From Eledone cirrhosa (Eukaryota): DNA of 64,000 nucleotides. The position numbers were made by a program, and so were the translations under genes. The notes under the pieces are model-generated. The model did no database searches and was not told the origin of the DNA. It saw only the letters and a list, made by a program, of their open reading frames with translations. This document shows positions 1-10,786 of the stretch, piece by piece (position 1 is the first letter of the stretch; each line of letters starts with the position of its first letter). The stretch is taken from the NCBI GenBank assembly GCA_964016885.1, contig OZ024748.1, positions 35,216,001 to 35,280,000 on the forward strand. Reading direction: 5' to 3'.

Positions 1-349
1 AATATAAAACAAACCAAAATACATTTATACAGAAAGTTGTTAATATATATATATATAGAGAGAGAGAGAAACGCATGTATATACAAATATGTATATAAAT
101 ATAAACTGTATATATATCTAGCAAAAAAGAAGAGTTAAATCTGACCGTTTTAGCCATGTCGTTGCCGTTTCTGTTTTGTTGTGAAAGTATTAGTGGGGAG
201 GGTAGACTGCACTGCCCTCTCTTGGTAGTCAGGGGACATAACTCAGATAATGACACTTCATAATTAAATTTTATTCTTTTGTTCAGACCAAAATGTTGGT
301 CTTTACAATCAGTCGTACTTGAATGTCACCTTTTACTCACATAGCTTTC

Positions 350-490
350 ATTATCACCGTTTAATGTCCATTTCTCCGTGCTAGCATGGGTTAGACGAGT
401 TGTCCTGTTGTGAGACAAACTAGGTCAGATGACCACGTCTTGCTCATACAAAACTGATTTAGGCTTAGTTTCTACAGCTGAATGCCCTTT
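350..490 (-). mobile_element. SINE/RTE-related 3' fragment, same family as 3229-3448
   Basis: Nearly collinear with 3230-3370 (gctagcatgggttagacg...tttctacagctg); reverse complement matches the 3' part of the SINEs at 2358 and 7825. Confidence 0.7.
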
Positions 491-973
491 CAATCTTTTT
501 TTCAGACCCCGATGATGTTGGCCTTAACAATCAGTTGTACTTATAACTCACATAGTGAGTGTCCCCTTTCACTCACATAGCTATATAAGTCAAACTCAGA
601 ACTAGTTTTCTTTTGTCCTGTTTTATGGGAGTCACCATTTCACATCCTTTTATGGAACCAAAGAGAGAGAGAGTTGTTTTGTGGCTGGTAGCTTGACCTA
701 CTGTAAATAGTTACCAAATCTCCTGCAAAACACAGCCACCTGTCTTAAAGAGAATTATGGTCCTTGATCAGCTCTTCCTGATTAACCTAAGACTCAGTTA
801 AAATATCTACTTATCAAGTGCTGTAGGATTCATTAAGATAGCTCATATTACCATTCTCTAAGTGCCATAGAATTCGTTTCCATTCTCAAAATAAGCACCT
901 AAGGATTTAAGACAGTTACCATTCTCAATTAAACCCACCTCACCTAACACATAGAAAATATATTTCACTCTTA

Positions 974-1027
974 AGTTAAAAGTCAGTGAAATAAACATAA
1001 GTATGTTTATTTCACTGACTTTTGACT
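974..1027. repeat. Near-perfect 26-bp inverted repeat with 2-nt spacer
   Basis: agttaaaagtcagtgaaataaacata (974-999) / tatgtttatttcactgacttttgact (1002-1027); one mismatch. Confidence 0.9.
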
Positions 1028-1183
1028 GCCAAAGAGATTAAAATGAAGGAATGGATTAGGAACACAGTAGCAGGTGTTTTTTTTTAAAACATTCTTTAAT
1101 TGCTCTTCATTGTCCATTGTATCAAATTGTTGGTTTCAATGCAGAAGTTTTATTGTATACCACACTTTATATATATATATATA

Positions 1184-1666
1184 CTAGCTGAATTACCCAC
1201 ACCTTGCTGCGCTTCACACTTTTTTTGTAAGAAAATGATGATTGATTTTAAATCAGTGATATAATTTATGGAGAAAAACTCTGCATTTCAATATTACTCA
1301 ATGTAAAATGTAATGCATGAAAAATTGGAAAATATTTTTTGTAATATATCAAATCAAAATTATATTATTAAATATTATTATTATTTTGTTTCTTGTAAAT
1401 ATTTTTTTTCAAAATATCAATTCAAAACGTTTGTGAATAGGCATCATATCTTGTCATTTACCTATGGTTTAAATTTCATATAAATCAAAGGGAAAAAATT
1501 TTCAGCAGGGGTTTGAGCCCCCAGAGAACCCTTTGATCAAAATGATATATACGTAAGAAATCAAATGGGCATGAGAGCCACACGCATGTCAAGTTTCAAG
1601 ATTGGTTTGGTAGTTTTTGAATTTTAGGTTCACTAACAGACAGTAATTGCTATTTATGTATATAGA
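1184..1666 (-). mobile_element. Probable non-autonomous Helitron
   Basis: On the minus strand it starts A|TCtatatacataaat and ends cagCTAG|T next to a (TA)n tract, with no TSD. The subterminal hairpin is weak. Confidence 0.5.
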
Positions 1667-2337
1667 TTTCAGCAGTACACTTAATACTACACACTTCGTT
1701 TAGCCAAGATGTCAGCCAGAAAAAACAGCTTTAGGAAAGCCCATTATTGGAGTAATCCTTGAAACTAACCTACATCTCTTGATAATATTGCCATCATTAC
1801 TTGGAAACTTGCTGCACAGTGAATATTCAGTTGGTTGCGTTATGTCCAGGGTGAAAACCCACACTCATGGACTTGATATACCCACACTTTACTGGGGAGA
1901 CGTAAAGTGATTCTCTCATCTCCAGTTTTGAAAATTGGTATTATCACTAGATTACCTCCCTCGAGATCTGGACTCGCCCGTACACAAGTCAGCCCAAGAA
2001 TGCATTTAAGGCTTTTAACATGGGTCGAATTTCATTTTCTCAGGGCATTGCCACATTTGTGTGATTTAAATGTTTTGGAGACCTTAACCTCCTAGTCAGC
2101 ACTTTATTCGTGATTGATGAAATATTTCAGAATTTATTACATTTGTATTATCATGTCTTTTCCATACTAACATGGTTAAACACACACATCAAGTGATAAA
2201 TGGCAACTTCTCCCATTTATGAATTTATAGCGCTTTGATTTATTCATTGAGCCATTTACGAAGACCAGGGTGAAAAGGTCATATGCTATCAAAGTGCTGC
2301 TTTACCTGTGAAATCTTGCATTAATTTCAACTCTTAC

Positions 2338-2865
2338 CCCTTTAGCATTTACATTATGGGGGCACATGGCTTAGTGGTTAGAGCATTGGCCTTGCAATCG
2401 AAAGGTGAGTTCAATTCTCAGACCGGGTGATGTTTCCTTGAGCAAGACACTATTTCACATTGCTCCAGTTTACTCAGCTGTAGAAATGAGATGATAGGGA
2501 CTGGGGTCCATATCATTCCCTTGCAAAGTGGTCGTGGCACGGGGAAAGAGGAAAAAAAAAAAAAAAAAAAAAAAAAAAGCGCCCAGCACTCACTGTAAAT
2601 GAGGTTGGTGTTAGGAAGGGCATCCAGCTGTAGAAATCAAGCCAGAATCAGTTCCCGTCCCACCCTTGCAAGCAGGGAAAAGCGGACGTAAAATGATTAC
2701 TCTATATTTTCATTGTAAACACTATTTCCCATAATTATTTCATATCAAATCTACAAGATTGATATTTATTTTGAGAACAATACCTTAACATAAGTATGAG
2801 CAGTTGGGTATGGCCAGTTTGAATAGAAAGGTGAGAGAATTCTGGCCAGATTAAATGCTAAAAGG
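2338..2865. mobile_element. piggyBac-like MITE interrupted by a SINE
   Basis: TIRs ccctttagcattta / taaatgctaaaagg followed by TTAA; 2700-2820 is the reverse complement of the interior of the 5228-5357 copy. Confidence 0.7.
2358..2697 (+). mobile_element. tRNA-derived SINE with RTE-type 3' tail
   Basis: A box tggcttagtgg, B box gttcaattc, central tccttgagcaagacac; 3' end cccacccttgcaagcagggaaaagcggacgtaaaatga is identical to the end of the LINE at 7376-7781; second copy at 7825. Confidence 0.85.
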
Positions 2866-3228
2866 TTAATGGCATTTTCCAACAGTCCCTGAAACAAAAC
2901 AAACCTCTTTCGGTCATTCCATGATAGTATCTTAGACAATTTTTCTAGACTCCCTGGCAGGCTGATAGGGGGGCGCTAGAAATATCTCACCTTTTAACTT
3001 TCCATCAGTCCTATTACTATTTTTTATCCTGATAGCTAATCATGTGATTTCTTTGGAGATGCTCCCTGAAGAGTTGTGATCTCCCAATGTTAGATGTCTA
3101 ATATCCTTACACTATGAAACTGCAGTCAAAATGCCCAAAGTAAATTTTAGTCCAAGTCTTATGAATATATCTTGACTGCCATTTATGAATGAATATAGAG
3201 TTAAATCTGATAGCTATTCTAGAATTGT

Positions 3229-3448
3229 TCATCATCACCGTTTTACATCCGTTCTTCCATGCTAGCATGGGTTAGACGGGTTGTCCTGTTGTGGACAGTG
3301 TCTGGTCGGCTGACCATGCCTTGCTCATACAGGAACTGATTTTGGCTTGATTTCTACAGCTGGATGTCCTTCCTAACACCAACCTCATTTACAGTGTGGG
3401 CTGGGTGCTTTTTTGCCGTGGCACCTCCACAACCACTTTGCAGTGGGA
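3229..3448 (-). mobile_element. 5'-truncated SINE, longer subfamily with about 60 bp extra before the tail
   Basis: Reverse complement matches ttgcaaagtgg...aggaagggcatccagctgtagaaatcaagcc of the 2358 SINE; (TGA)n tail seen as catcatca. Confidence 0.75.
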
Positions 3449-3970
3449 GCATATTGTCTAATTGTTATGCATCTAAATTCACCAAGAGTTGCAGGTTTCT
3501 TTCTGAATAACATTTTTATGCCTGCTTTTGACAACCCATCTTTAAACTCAGCGGACAACAATCTCTAAACTGGAAGGTTTCATACCGTATATAAAACACT
3601 GCACCAAATGTTTAGCAGGTTTAGTACCTAATAAGGAAAACATTTAAAAAATAAATAAATAAAAATTAAAAAAATAAAAATCAACTCAGGAAATATTCAG
3701 TTTAAGTTCCCAGCTACTACTGAAACTCATGTTTTAAAGCTAGTCTTTACAAAATAGATAAATGTATATCAAAGAGGCAAGCTGAGTCATTAGTTATGTT
3801 GTATCTTAAGTTTCTTTAAAAACTTACGGTACCGATGAATATTCCAGTGAGACAATTTTAATATGTCCCTGCATGTCATAAGAAGCAACAAGTGATGGCA
3901 CCATCTGTAAAAATTTGCCTCAAAAAGGACCATCATAGAACCTACAAAGTTAACCCCTTAGTGAAAATGG

Positions 3971-4008
<38 letters not shown>

Positions 4009-4147
4009 TATCCAAGTCCCTCACTTTTTATATAAACTGCCTAAGCTAAATTGTAGATTAAAATTTATAAAACCTAGTACCAAAGATTTAACCGTTGTAA
4101 AACTGAATTAAGTCATTTAAAATAAAGGGAACAAATGTCTCACACAA

Positions 4148-4545
4148 TTTATTTACAATCTATCGAAAATGAACAGAAATTATTAAAATATCAGCACTAA
4201 TAAAAATATATGTAGTACCAGAATAGCTTTTTAAATACAATATTTTCTTATGACAGATTAAAATTAAACCATAAGTGATTTTGGACTGATGTTGCAAACG
4301 TCAGACATGTTTATGTAGTTAGCTGTGACTTGGAGAAGGAAATCAGAAATCAAAGAAACAAATCAACAAAAGTTATATACAGTTTATTGTATTTACAATT
4401 AAATTAGCAGATAGTGTACTCAATCTTAAATACTGCTCGTTCCATTCACTTGCTATTATGCACCTCTATGTACTCACAGAAAGTAAAGTCTAACAACTTA
4501 AGTTCAGTCATTTAAAACTAGATATATATGGATTTAAAGAAAAAC

Positions 4546-4579
<34 letters not shown>

Positions 4580-4998
4580 GAGCAACGAACGAAAAATACA
4601 TGTCAAAAGTTCCCTGGAAATAAAATGTCTGTAGTTCTAAGAGTTCTTGGGAGAATTAAGACATTTAGCTGGGAAGTCAATTGTCAATTATTTCTATTTT
4701 TTGTTTACAAAAACTTCCTTATAACAAAGTTATCTCAGTTAGGGAGAGAACAGACTGAGAAGTGACTCCCTAACATACAGGAGACAAATACCTGCACAGA
4801 CCCTTATGTCATCACATTCATCATACAGGATTTTGGCCTCCTGCTTACCTATTCACCCTTTGTGGGATTGCATTATATAAAGGACAGGCCATGGAAAAGG
4901 TAGATTATTACTTTTCTTTTACAAAGTACAAAAATGTAAATGAGTATTGACTATAAATAAATCCAGTCAATCAGGTCATTTAGAATTAAAACATGGCA
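4148..4998 (-). promoter_or_regulatory. Cyclin B 3' UTR with poly(A) hexamers, CPEs and Pumilio elements
   Basis: Minus strand: AATAAA at 4383-4388 and 4148-4153; TGTAAATA at 4390-4397 and 4150-4157; CPE-like TTTTAAT/TTTTAT at 4182-4188, 4200-4206, 4257-4263, 4548-4554, 4620-4625, 4985-4991. The true 3' end is not known. Confidence 0.6.
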
Positions 4999-5094
4999 TC
5001 AGTTTTCAGCTATTTTCTTGATAGCCTCACCTTTTAATTCTGGAATAGTGCTGATCTTAAAGAATTTGGAGCCTTGGTATTTAGTTCGAATAGC
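4999..5094 (-). CDS. CycB: Cyclin B exon 8 (AIRTKYQGSKFFKISTIPELKGEAIKKIAEN*)
   Basis: ttctag acceptor; cyclin C-terminal 'A(I/V)xxKY..KF' motif; TGA at 5001-4999. Confidence 0.92.
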   Translation of the reverse strand, partial: AIRTKYQGSKFFKISTIPELKGEAIKKIAEN

Positions 5095-5227
5095 CTAGAA
5101 AAGGAAAAAGAAACCAAGGTTTAGAATTCGTTATATCAAACCCAAAATTGTTACAAAAACCTTTATTCAAGTTACACATATCACTTAGCTTCAGTTAATT
5201 CACCAACAAAACTTCGACATAATATAA

Positions 5228-5357
5228 CCCTTTAGCATTTAAACTGGCCACTCATATTTGTTAAGGTACTGTTCTCAAAATCTTGTAGATTCGATATTAT
5301 GTAAGGTAATGCCTTTACTGTGAAAATAATATATAGAGTGATGTAAATGCTAAAGGG
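5228..5357. mobile_element. 130-bp piggyBac-like MITE in intron 7
   Basis: Perfect 14-bp TIRs CCCTTTAGCATTTA / TAAATGCTAAAGGG, flanked by ATAA and TTAA. Confidence 0.75.
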
Positions 5358-5386
5358 TTAAGAGTATAATAATTAGCAATTCTTAC

Positions 5387-5491
5387 AGTTAGTTTACTGG
5401 ATTCTGCTTTCAAGATAAGTTTTGCAAGTTTGCGTATCATATCAGAAAGATCTGTTTTGGTATATGTGCTGTAGTAAGCTAGAGTATCATT
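5387..5491 (-). CDS. CycB: Cyclin B exon 7 (NDTLAYYSTYTKTDL...SKLT)
   Basis: Long poly-T plus cag acceptor, gtaaga donor, 105 nt, cyclin C-domain. Confidence 0.92.
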
Positions 5492-5498
5492 CTGGATG

Positions 5499-5531
<33 letters not shown>

Positions 5532-5750
5532 TTAATCAGACAGTTAAAGAATTTCACACATTTTCCAAAATATAAGCACGTTATTCCTGTCACTATATTT
5601 TCTTAACCCAGTACATATTAACTTTCAGAAACTTACACCAACTTTATTGTAACTCACATTTGATGAAATAAGTTATTTGCTAACTATAAAATAGTGTGGT
5701 TTGTGTTTGATTATCAGACAGAGGGATGTGTCTGTAAAGTACTTTTACTA

Positions 5751-6300
5751 TAAACTAGTTCCTCTCAGGCCGAGGAATGTGTTGTGTGTAAGGTACTTTA
5801 TAAACTAGTTCCTCTCAGGCCGAGGAATGTGTTGTGTGTAAGGTACTTTATAAACTAGTTCCTCTCAGGCCGAGGAATGTGTTGTGTGTAAGGTACTTTA
5901 TAAACTAGTTCCTCTCGGGCCGAGGAATGTGTTGTGTGTAAGGTACTTTATGAACTAGTTCCTCTCAGGCCAAGGAATGTGTTGTGTGTAAGGTACTTTA
6001 TAAACTAGTTCCTCTCAGGCCAAGGAATGTGTTGTGTGTAAGGTACTTTATAAACTAGTTCCTCTCAGGCCGAGGAATGTGTTGTGTATAAAGTACTTTA
6101 TAAACTAGTTCCTCTCAGACCGAGGAATGTGTTGTGTATAAAGTACTTTATAAACTAGTTCCTCTCAGACCGAGGAATGTGTTGTGTATAAAGTACTTTA
6201 TAAACTAGTTCCTCTCAGACCGAGGAATGTGTTGTGTATAAAGTACTTTATAAACTAGTTCCTCTCAGACCGAGGAATGTGTTGTGTGTAAGGTACTTTA
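5751..6300. repeat. 50-bp minisatellite, 11 copies
   Basis: Unit taaactagttcctctcaggccgaggaatgtgttgtgtgtaaggtacttta with an exact 50-bp period; variants cluster in adjacent copies. Confidence 0.97.
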
Positions 6301-6901
6301 TTACTTCAATGTAGTTCCTCTCCACTGCCTATAAAGCATTGGATATCTGAAGTAATTTACAGCATCAAAGGCAATGTTGCTACCCTCTTGCACAACTCTT
6401 TAACACGGTTGAGGGTAGCAACCTAAATGAGAAATATTTCAGGGGCTGCCAGCTGAACCTGGTTGTTACACTGTACTAATGACATAGCTCCCTATTAAGT
6501 GACCTAACAAAATACCAACTGCAGGGAAGAGAGTCAAGCTCTTCAACGAGCAGGCATCCTGTCCCCAAGAGCTTTGTACACCCAGTCACTCAACATCAGT
6601 GAGCTGGGATAAGCTCTGGTCTGAGGAATGTCTGGGACTGTCAACCAATGTTTTAAACAGTATTTTTATAGACAGATGTTCAGAGATTAAAACTCCACAG
6701 TAGTATACAAGAAGTCTCAAATATTCAAACAACCAACAAATATGGTAAACCCATTTCTGAACTGACCAACTCTAGAAAGCTAAGGAACAAGTCTGGCCAA
6801 ATAGATGTTAAAATTAAACCAGTTATGTCCAACAATCTCATCTCAGTGTTGACTAACATGAAGAAATCTAACAAGACCGCAAGATAAATATGAAATCTTA
6901 C

Positions 6902-7042
6902 CCATTCCACGTTACAAATGAGATGCAGTGAAAGACACAATGCCGCTGCAGCCAAGTGGGACGGATGAATATTCACCATATCATATTCTACAATTGTCAA
7001 CTCCATCAGATATTTAGCTAATGTGTGGGTGTTGGCATCAAC
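6902..7042 (-). CDS. CycB: Cyclin B exon 6 ([15 protein letters not shown]...VEW)
   Basis: ttgcag acceptor, gtaaga donor, 141 nt, [10 protein letters not shown] motif. Confidence 0.95.
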
Positions 7043-7375
7043 CTGCAATAAACAATATTTCAGTCTAATACAAAACAAAACATCGCCTCCCACCAACCTC
7101 TTGAAATTGTTAGAAAGGCCAACAGATATGAGGTTGTAGTGATGATATCTGACCAGGTGGTCACATTGTCACTAGACGCGAGGTTATTACACACCTGACC
7201 AGGTGGTCACATTGTCACTAGACGTGAGGTTATTACACATCTGACCAGGTGGTCACATTGTCACTAGATGTGAGGTTATTACACATCTGACCAGGTGGTC
7301 ACAATGTCACTAGATGTGAGGTTATTACACATCTGACCAGGTGGTCAATGTCACTAGATGTGAGGTTATTACACA

Positions 7376-7781
7376 ACTGCAGAGGATATGCGACGGCTGG
7401 AGAGAAATGAGGCTAGCATGCTCCGTTGGATGTGCAGTGTAAATGTGCGTGAACGACCCAGCATAAATGTGTTGAGACAGAAACTGTGTCCGAGAGGGAT
7501 AGAATGTAGTGTACGGGAGAGGAGACTGAGGTGGTATGGACATGTGATGCGCATGGAGGATGACCGATGGGTGAAGAAGTGCCAGGAATTGCCAGTTGAA
7601 GGAAGACGTGGTAGAGGTAGACCACGAAAAACATGGGCGGAGGTGGTGAGAACAGACCTCAGATCATTGAAGCTCACGGTGGAGATGACGAGGGACCGTG
7701 ACGAGTGGAGAGATGCTGTGCTGAATAAGACCCGTCCCACCCTTGCAAGCAGGGAAAAGCGGACGTAAAATGATGATGATG
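7376..7781 (+). mobile_element. 5'-truncated RTE-clade LINE (ORF C-terminus plus (TGA)n tail)
   Basis: ORF 7388-7768 has MLRWMC...RRLRWYGHVMRM...GRRGRGRPRKTW, typical of RTE post-RT C-termini; tgatgatgatga tail. Confidence 0.9.
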
Positions 7782-7824
7782 ACCAGGTGGTCAATGTCAC
7801 TACATGTGAGGTTATTACACATCT

Positions 7825-8165
7825 GAGGCACATGGCTTAGTGGTTAGAGCATTGGCCTTACAATCAAAAGGCGAGCTCAATTCTCAGACCGAGTGATGTG
7901 TTGTTTCCTTGAGCAGATCACTTTATTTCACATTGCTCCAGTTTACTCAGCTGTAGAAATGAGATGATAGGGACCGGGTTCCCCATCATTCCACTGCAAA
8001 GTGGACGTGTAGGCGCCATGGCAAAAAAGCACCCAGCACTCTCTGTAAATGAGGTTGGTGTTAAGAAGGGCATCCAACTGTAGAAATCAAGCCAGAATCA
8101 GTTCCTGTCCCACCCTTGTAAGCAGGGAAAAGCGGACGTAAAATGAAATGAAATGATGATGATGA
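7825..8165 (+). mobile_element. tRNA-derived SINE, second full-length copy
   Basis: Collinear with 2358-2697; A box tggcttagtgg; RTE-type tail ending aaatgaaatgaaatgatgatgatga. Confidence 0.88.
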
Positions 8166-8544
8166 CTAGCTGTGAGGTTATGACACATCTGACCAGGTGG
8201 TCACAATGTCACTAAATGTGATGCTGTAGTTAAACTGTGTAGAAGCAGTATTTAGTCATCTGATGTTCAGCCTCCACCTCAGTCAGCAAGTAATTGGACC
8301 ATTGGAAAACTAACCAGCATTGTCAGAATACAGCCAATTTATTCCAGAGGGTGAGGGAGAAAGAGGGGAAGAAAGAATTGGCCCTAGTACTGGACTGGTA
8401 CATCTTTTTATTGACCTTGAAAAGATGAAGGCAATGTTGACCCTGGGCCAGATTTAAGCAGAGAGTCAAAACAGATACCACAAAACTTTGTATCCAACAT
8501 TCTCATGATTACCATTCCATCATACGTATTGTTTACAAATACAA

Positions 8545-8588
<44 letters not shown>

Positions 8589-8638
8589 ATTTTAAGTTTT
8601 CACCACAGAAATGTAGACTCCAAATATAATTCCTTTAC

Positions 8639-8875
8639 CTGTCCTGCTTTGGAATTTCTTCTGAGAAAATGCAAACATAATGGTTTTCCAAGTCTGAAGT
8701 CTAATGTCTTCAGGATAACCATTTCCATTTGTCTGATATCTGCTCGTGTGTATGCATTGTCTGTGATATAGACAAAATCAGACACCTCGGGAGCATACAT
8801 TTCTTCATATTTTGATGCTATTAACATTGAAGTAACACCGACTAGCTGGAGTTTGCTGCGTGTAACTGGGTTAAC
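8639..8875 (-). CDS. CycB: Cyclin B exon 5 ([22 protein letters not shown]...[10 protein letters not shown])
   Basis: Cyclin box with B-type KYEEMY.P and FLRR.SK motifs; AG/GT boundaries; 237 nt. Confidence 0.97.
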
Positions 8876-9310
8876 CTGAAATTAACAGGAAACATTTCTT
8901 TAGAAGTAGCTCCAACTAAAGCGGTACAATTTTTCCCCATATACCAGTTACATATATAGCCAACACTCATGATAACATACTTTACTCCTCCTCACAGGTA
9001 AATAATATATAACTGGCAATTCTAATGAGGACACTGTATGAAAAAGCTAACCATCTGAAACTGCTGCCCACTCCTTTTACAACACAAAAATCTCCCATCA
9101 TAATTTTATGTAAGAATCTTAAAGTTATGTCCTTAAACACCACTTAATGGGAAACTTAGTAAATTCTTCCAAATTCTTAATTATTTTCAAAATTAGAGGC
9201 AGTGTCCATTAGAAATACGGTAACTAGGTGGTTAAAACAGACTAAACTCACCAATATAAGAACTTGGAATCCTATCACTGTCAAAATTTGGGGAAGAAAT
9301 ATAAAATTAC

Positions 9311-9469
9311 CTGCAGAAATCGATCCAATATGGATACTGTTAAGTAAAGTGTCTCTTGTAAAAGTCTAAAACGGTGATGAACTTGGCAGAGCCAATCTAT
9401 AAGAATAGCCCTCATTTTTCCGGTAATTTCCTGGCTATGAAGATAATTCTTCTTCACTGTGTATGTTTT
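9311..9469 (-). CDS. CycB: Cyclin B exon 4 ([35 protein letters not shown])
   Basis: MRAIL motif; tttttcag acceptor, gtaatt donor; 159 nt. Confidence 0.97.
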
Positions 9470-10109
9470 CTGAAAAATATCGTTTTATAAATTAAAAATT
9501 AGAGTCAATCCGATAAAATCAAAACATTCTCAATTATTTCACTCTGAAGCATATACGCTATGTGAAAGTTAAGAGCTAGAACCCTATTCCAGATATCACA
9601 GTTAAACAATACTTTACCATCACAGCCACCCTTTCCACTCTAGCTAAATATGTTTATTTCCAACCATCACACAATCCCCATATTTAGTTTGGCAACAAAT
9701 TGGCAGAGGCATTAGAATATCAGAATTACTACTGTATGGTTCAAATCCCACTACTGAGGCTGATGTATAAAAAAAAAAAAAAAAGCCCAATACTGGTATT
9801 GAATTCTTCTATATCTCACCTTTTCTCTCCCATTCTCCGGAAGAAATGTGTTCAAACCTGGAGAAGTTTATAATATAGGTGTTGGGTTTGCGACAAGTTT
9901 GGTAACCTCTTTGTTAACCTTCACCGATAACATTGGTAAACTGCACCACCTCACTATTTATTTTACAGCTCTGAGTTTATTATAGACAAAAATTATTTCA
10001 TGTACAAAATGTTTATTGCTAGACAACCAGCCTAAGACAGGAGCTAATTTTCTTGGCAGTCAGATGTGCAACTAGAGCAAGCATAGTTGCACACATTTTA
10101 CAATGTACA

Positions 10110-10320
10110 GTTCACACCTAGGTAGATTTAACTAGTCTCCTATGGAGTTATATTTCATAGGAAATTTCTCAGGTGTTTTAATGATAGTGGGTCCCCGGTA
10201 CTACCATGAAATGAAGCATCGTGCTCAAGAACACATCACACAGCCTAGTCCAGGAAAGAAACCCCCGACCTCATGGTCAAGAACCCATCACCCAAACCAC
10301 TGCACAACTACACACCTTCA
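10110..10320 (-). mobile_element. Old SINE copy, related copy at about 11735-11920
   Basis: Both share ttcacaccta..tttaact.gtctccta..aggtgtttt.aatgatag..atgaag.atc and a decayed tRNA-like head. Confidence 0.5.
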
Positions 10321-10594
10321 TAGTCTAGCAGTATAAACTTGATAGTGATGAAAATTAAGTCGCAACTGAAATCTCTATAGAACAAATCTTATGAGAAACA
10401 CACAGTAAGATGTTTCACCTTTCCAACAAAACCACTCCTGATTCTACAAAAATTTATTTTCAAAGTGATTAAGTTATGATCCAAACACCAGCTTAATGAA
10501 AAAGTTATTTTACTAAATACCTTCAAATTGTTTGGTGTTCATTAAAATATAACGAGATTTAAGTTAACAACGATAAGACTAGACAAATACATAC

Positions 10595-10786
10595 CTCAAG
10601 TTCTCGTAAATAATTGTAAATATCATTAACGTAGTCGGAAACAAGCTGTGGATTCTCTTGGTCATCAGCATCAATGTCAATAACATTGGCCATATCAATT
10701 TTAGGCTCAACATCACATTCCATCGGACTATCGGGTAATTCGGACTCATTTTCAGTATTTGGAGGGGGGAGGGGTTCTGTGAATTC
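10595..10786 (-). CDS. CycB: Cyclin B exon 3 (EFTEPLPPP...DSPME...[28 protein letters not shown])
   Basis: ttttcag acceptor, gtatgt donor, 192 nt; DID..D..NPQL..Y..DIY.YL motif. The frame differs from the ORF-track call. Confidence 0.93.

Larger units (their letters stand above)
7148..8220. repeat. 46-bp minisatellite (about 7 units) split by LINE and SINE insertions
   Basis: Unit tctgaccaggtggtcacattgtcactagatgtgaggttattacaca at 7148-7375, resuming at 7780-7826 and 8165-8220. Confidence 0.92.

Noticed and set aside
1907-2095. 62-aa ORF (likewise 8505, 10142, 10970, 12499)
   Set aside because: Short, no recognisable motifs or splice support; several overlap repeats or lie antisense to exons.
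2361-2430. tRNA gene
   Set aside because: A and B boxes are present but there is no full cloverleaf, and it continues into a SINE body.
7325-7833. Minus-strand ORFs of 72, 73 and 154 aa
   Set aside because: Antisense shadows of the RTE fragment and minisatellite.
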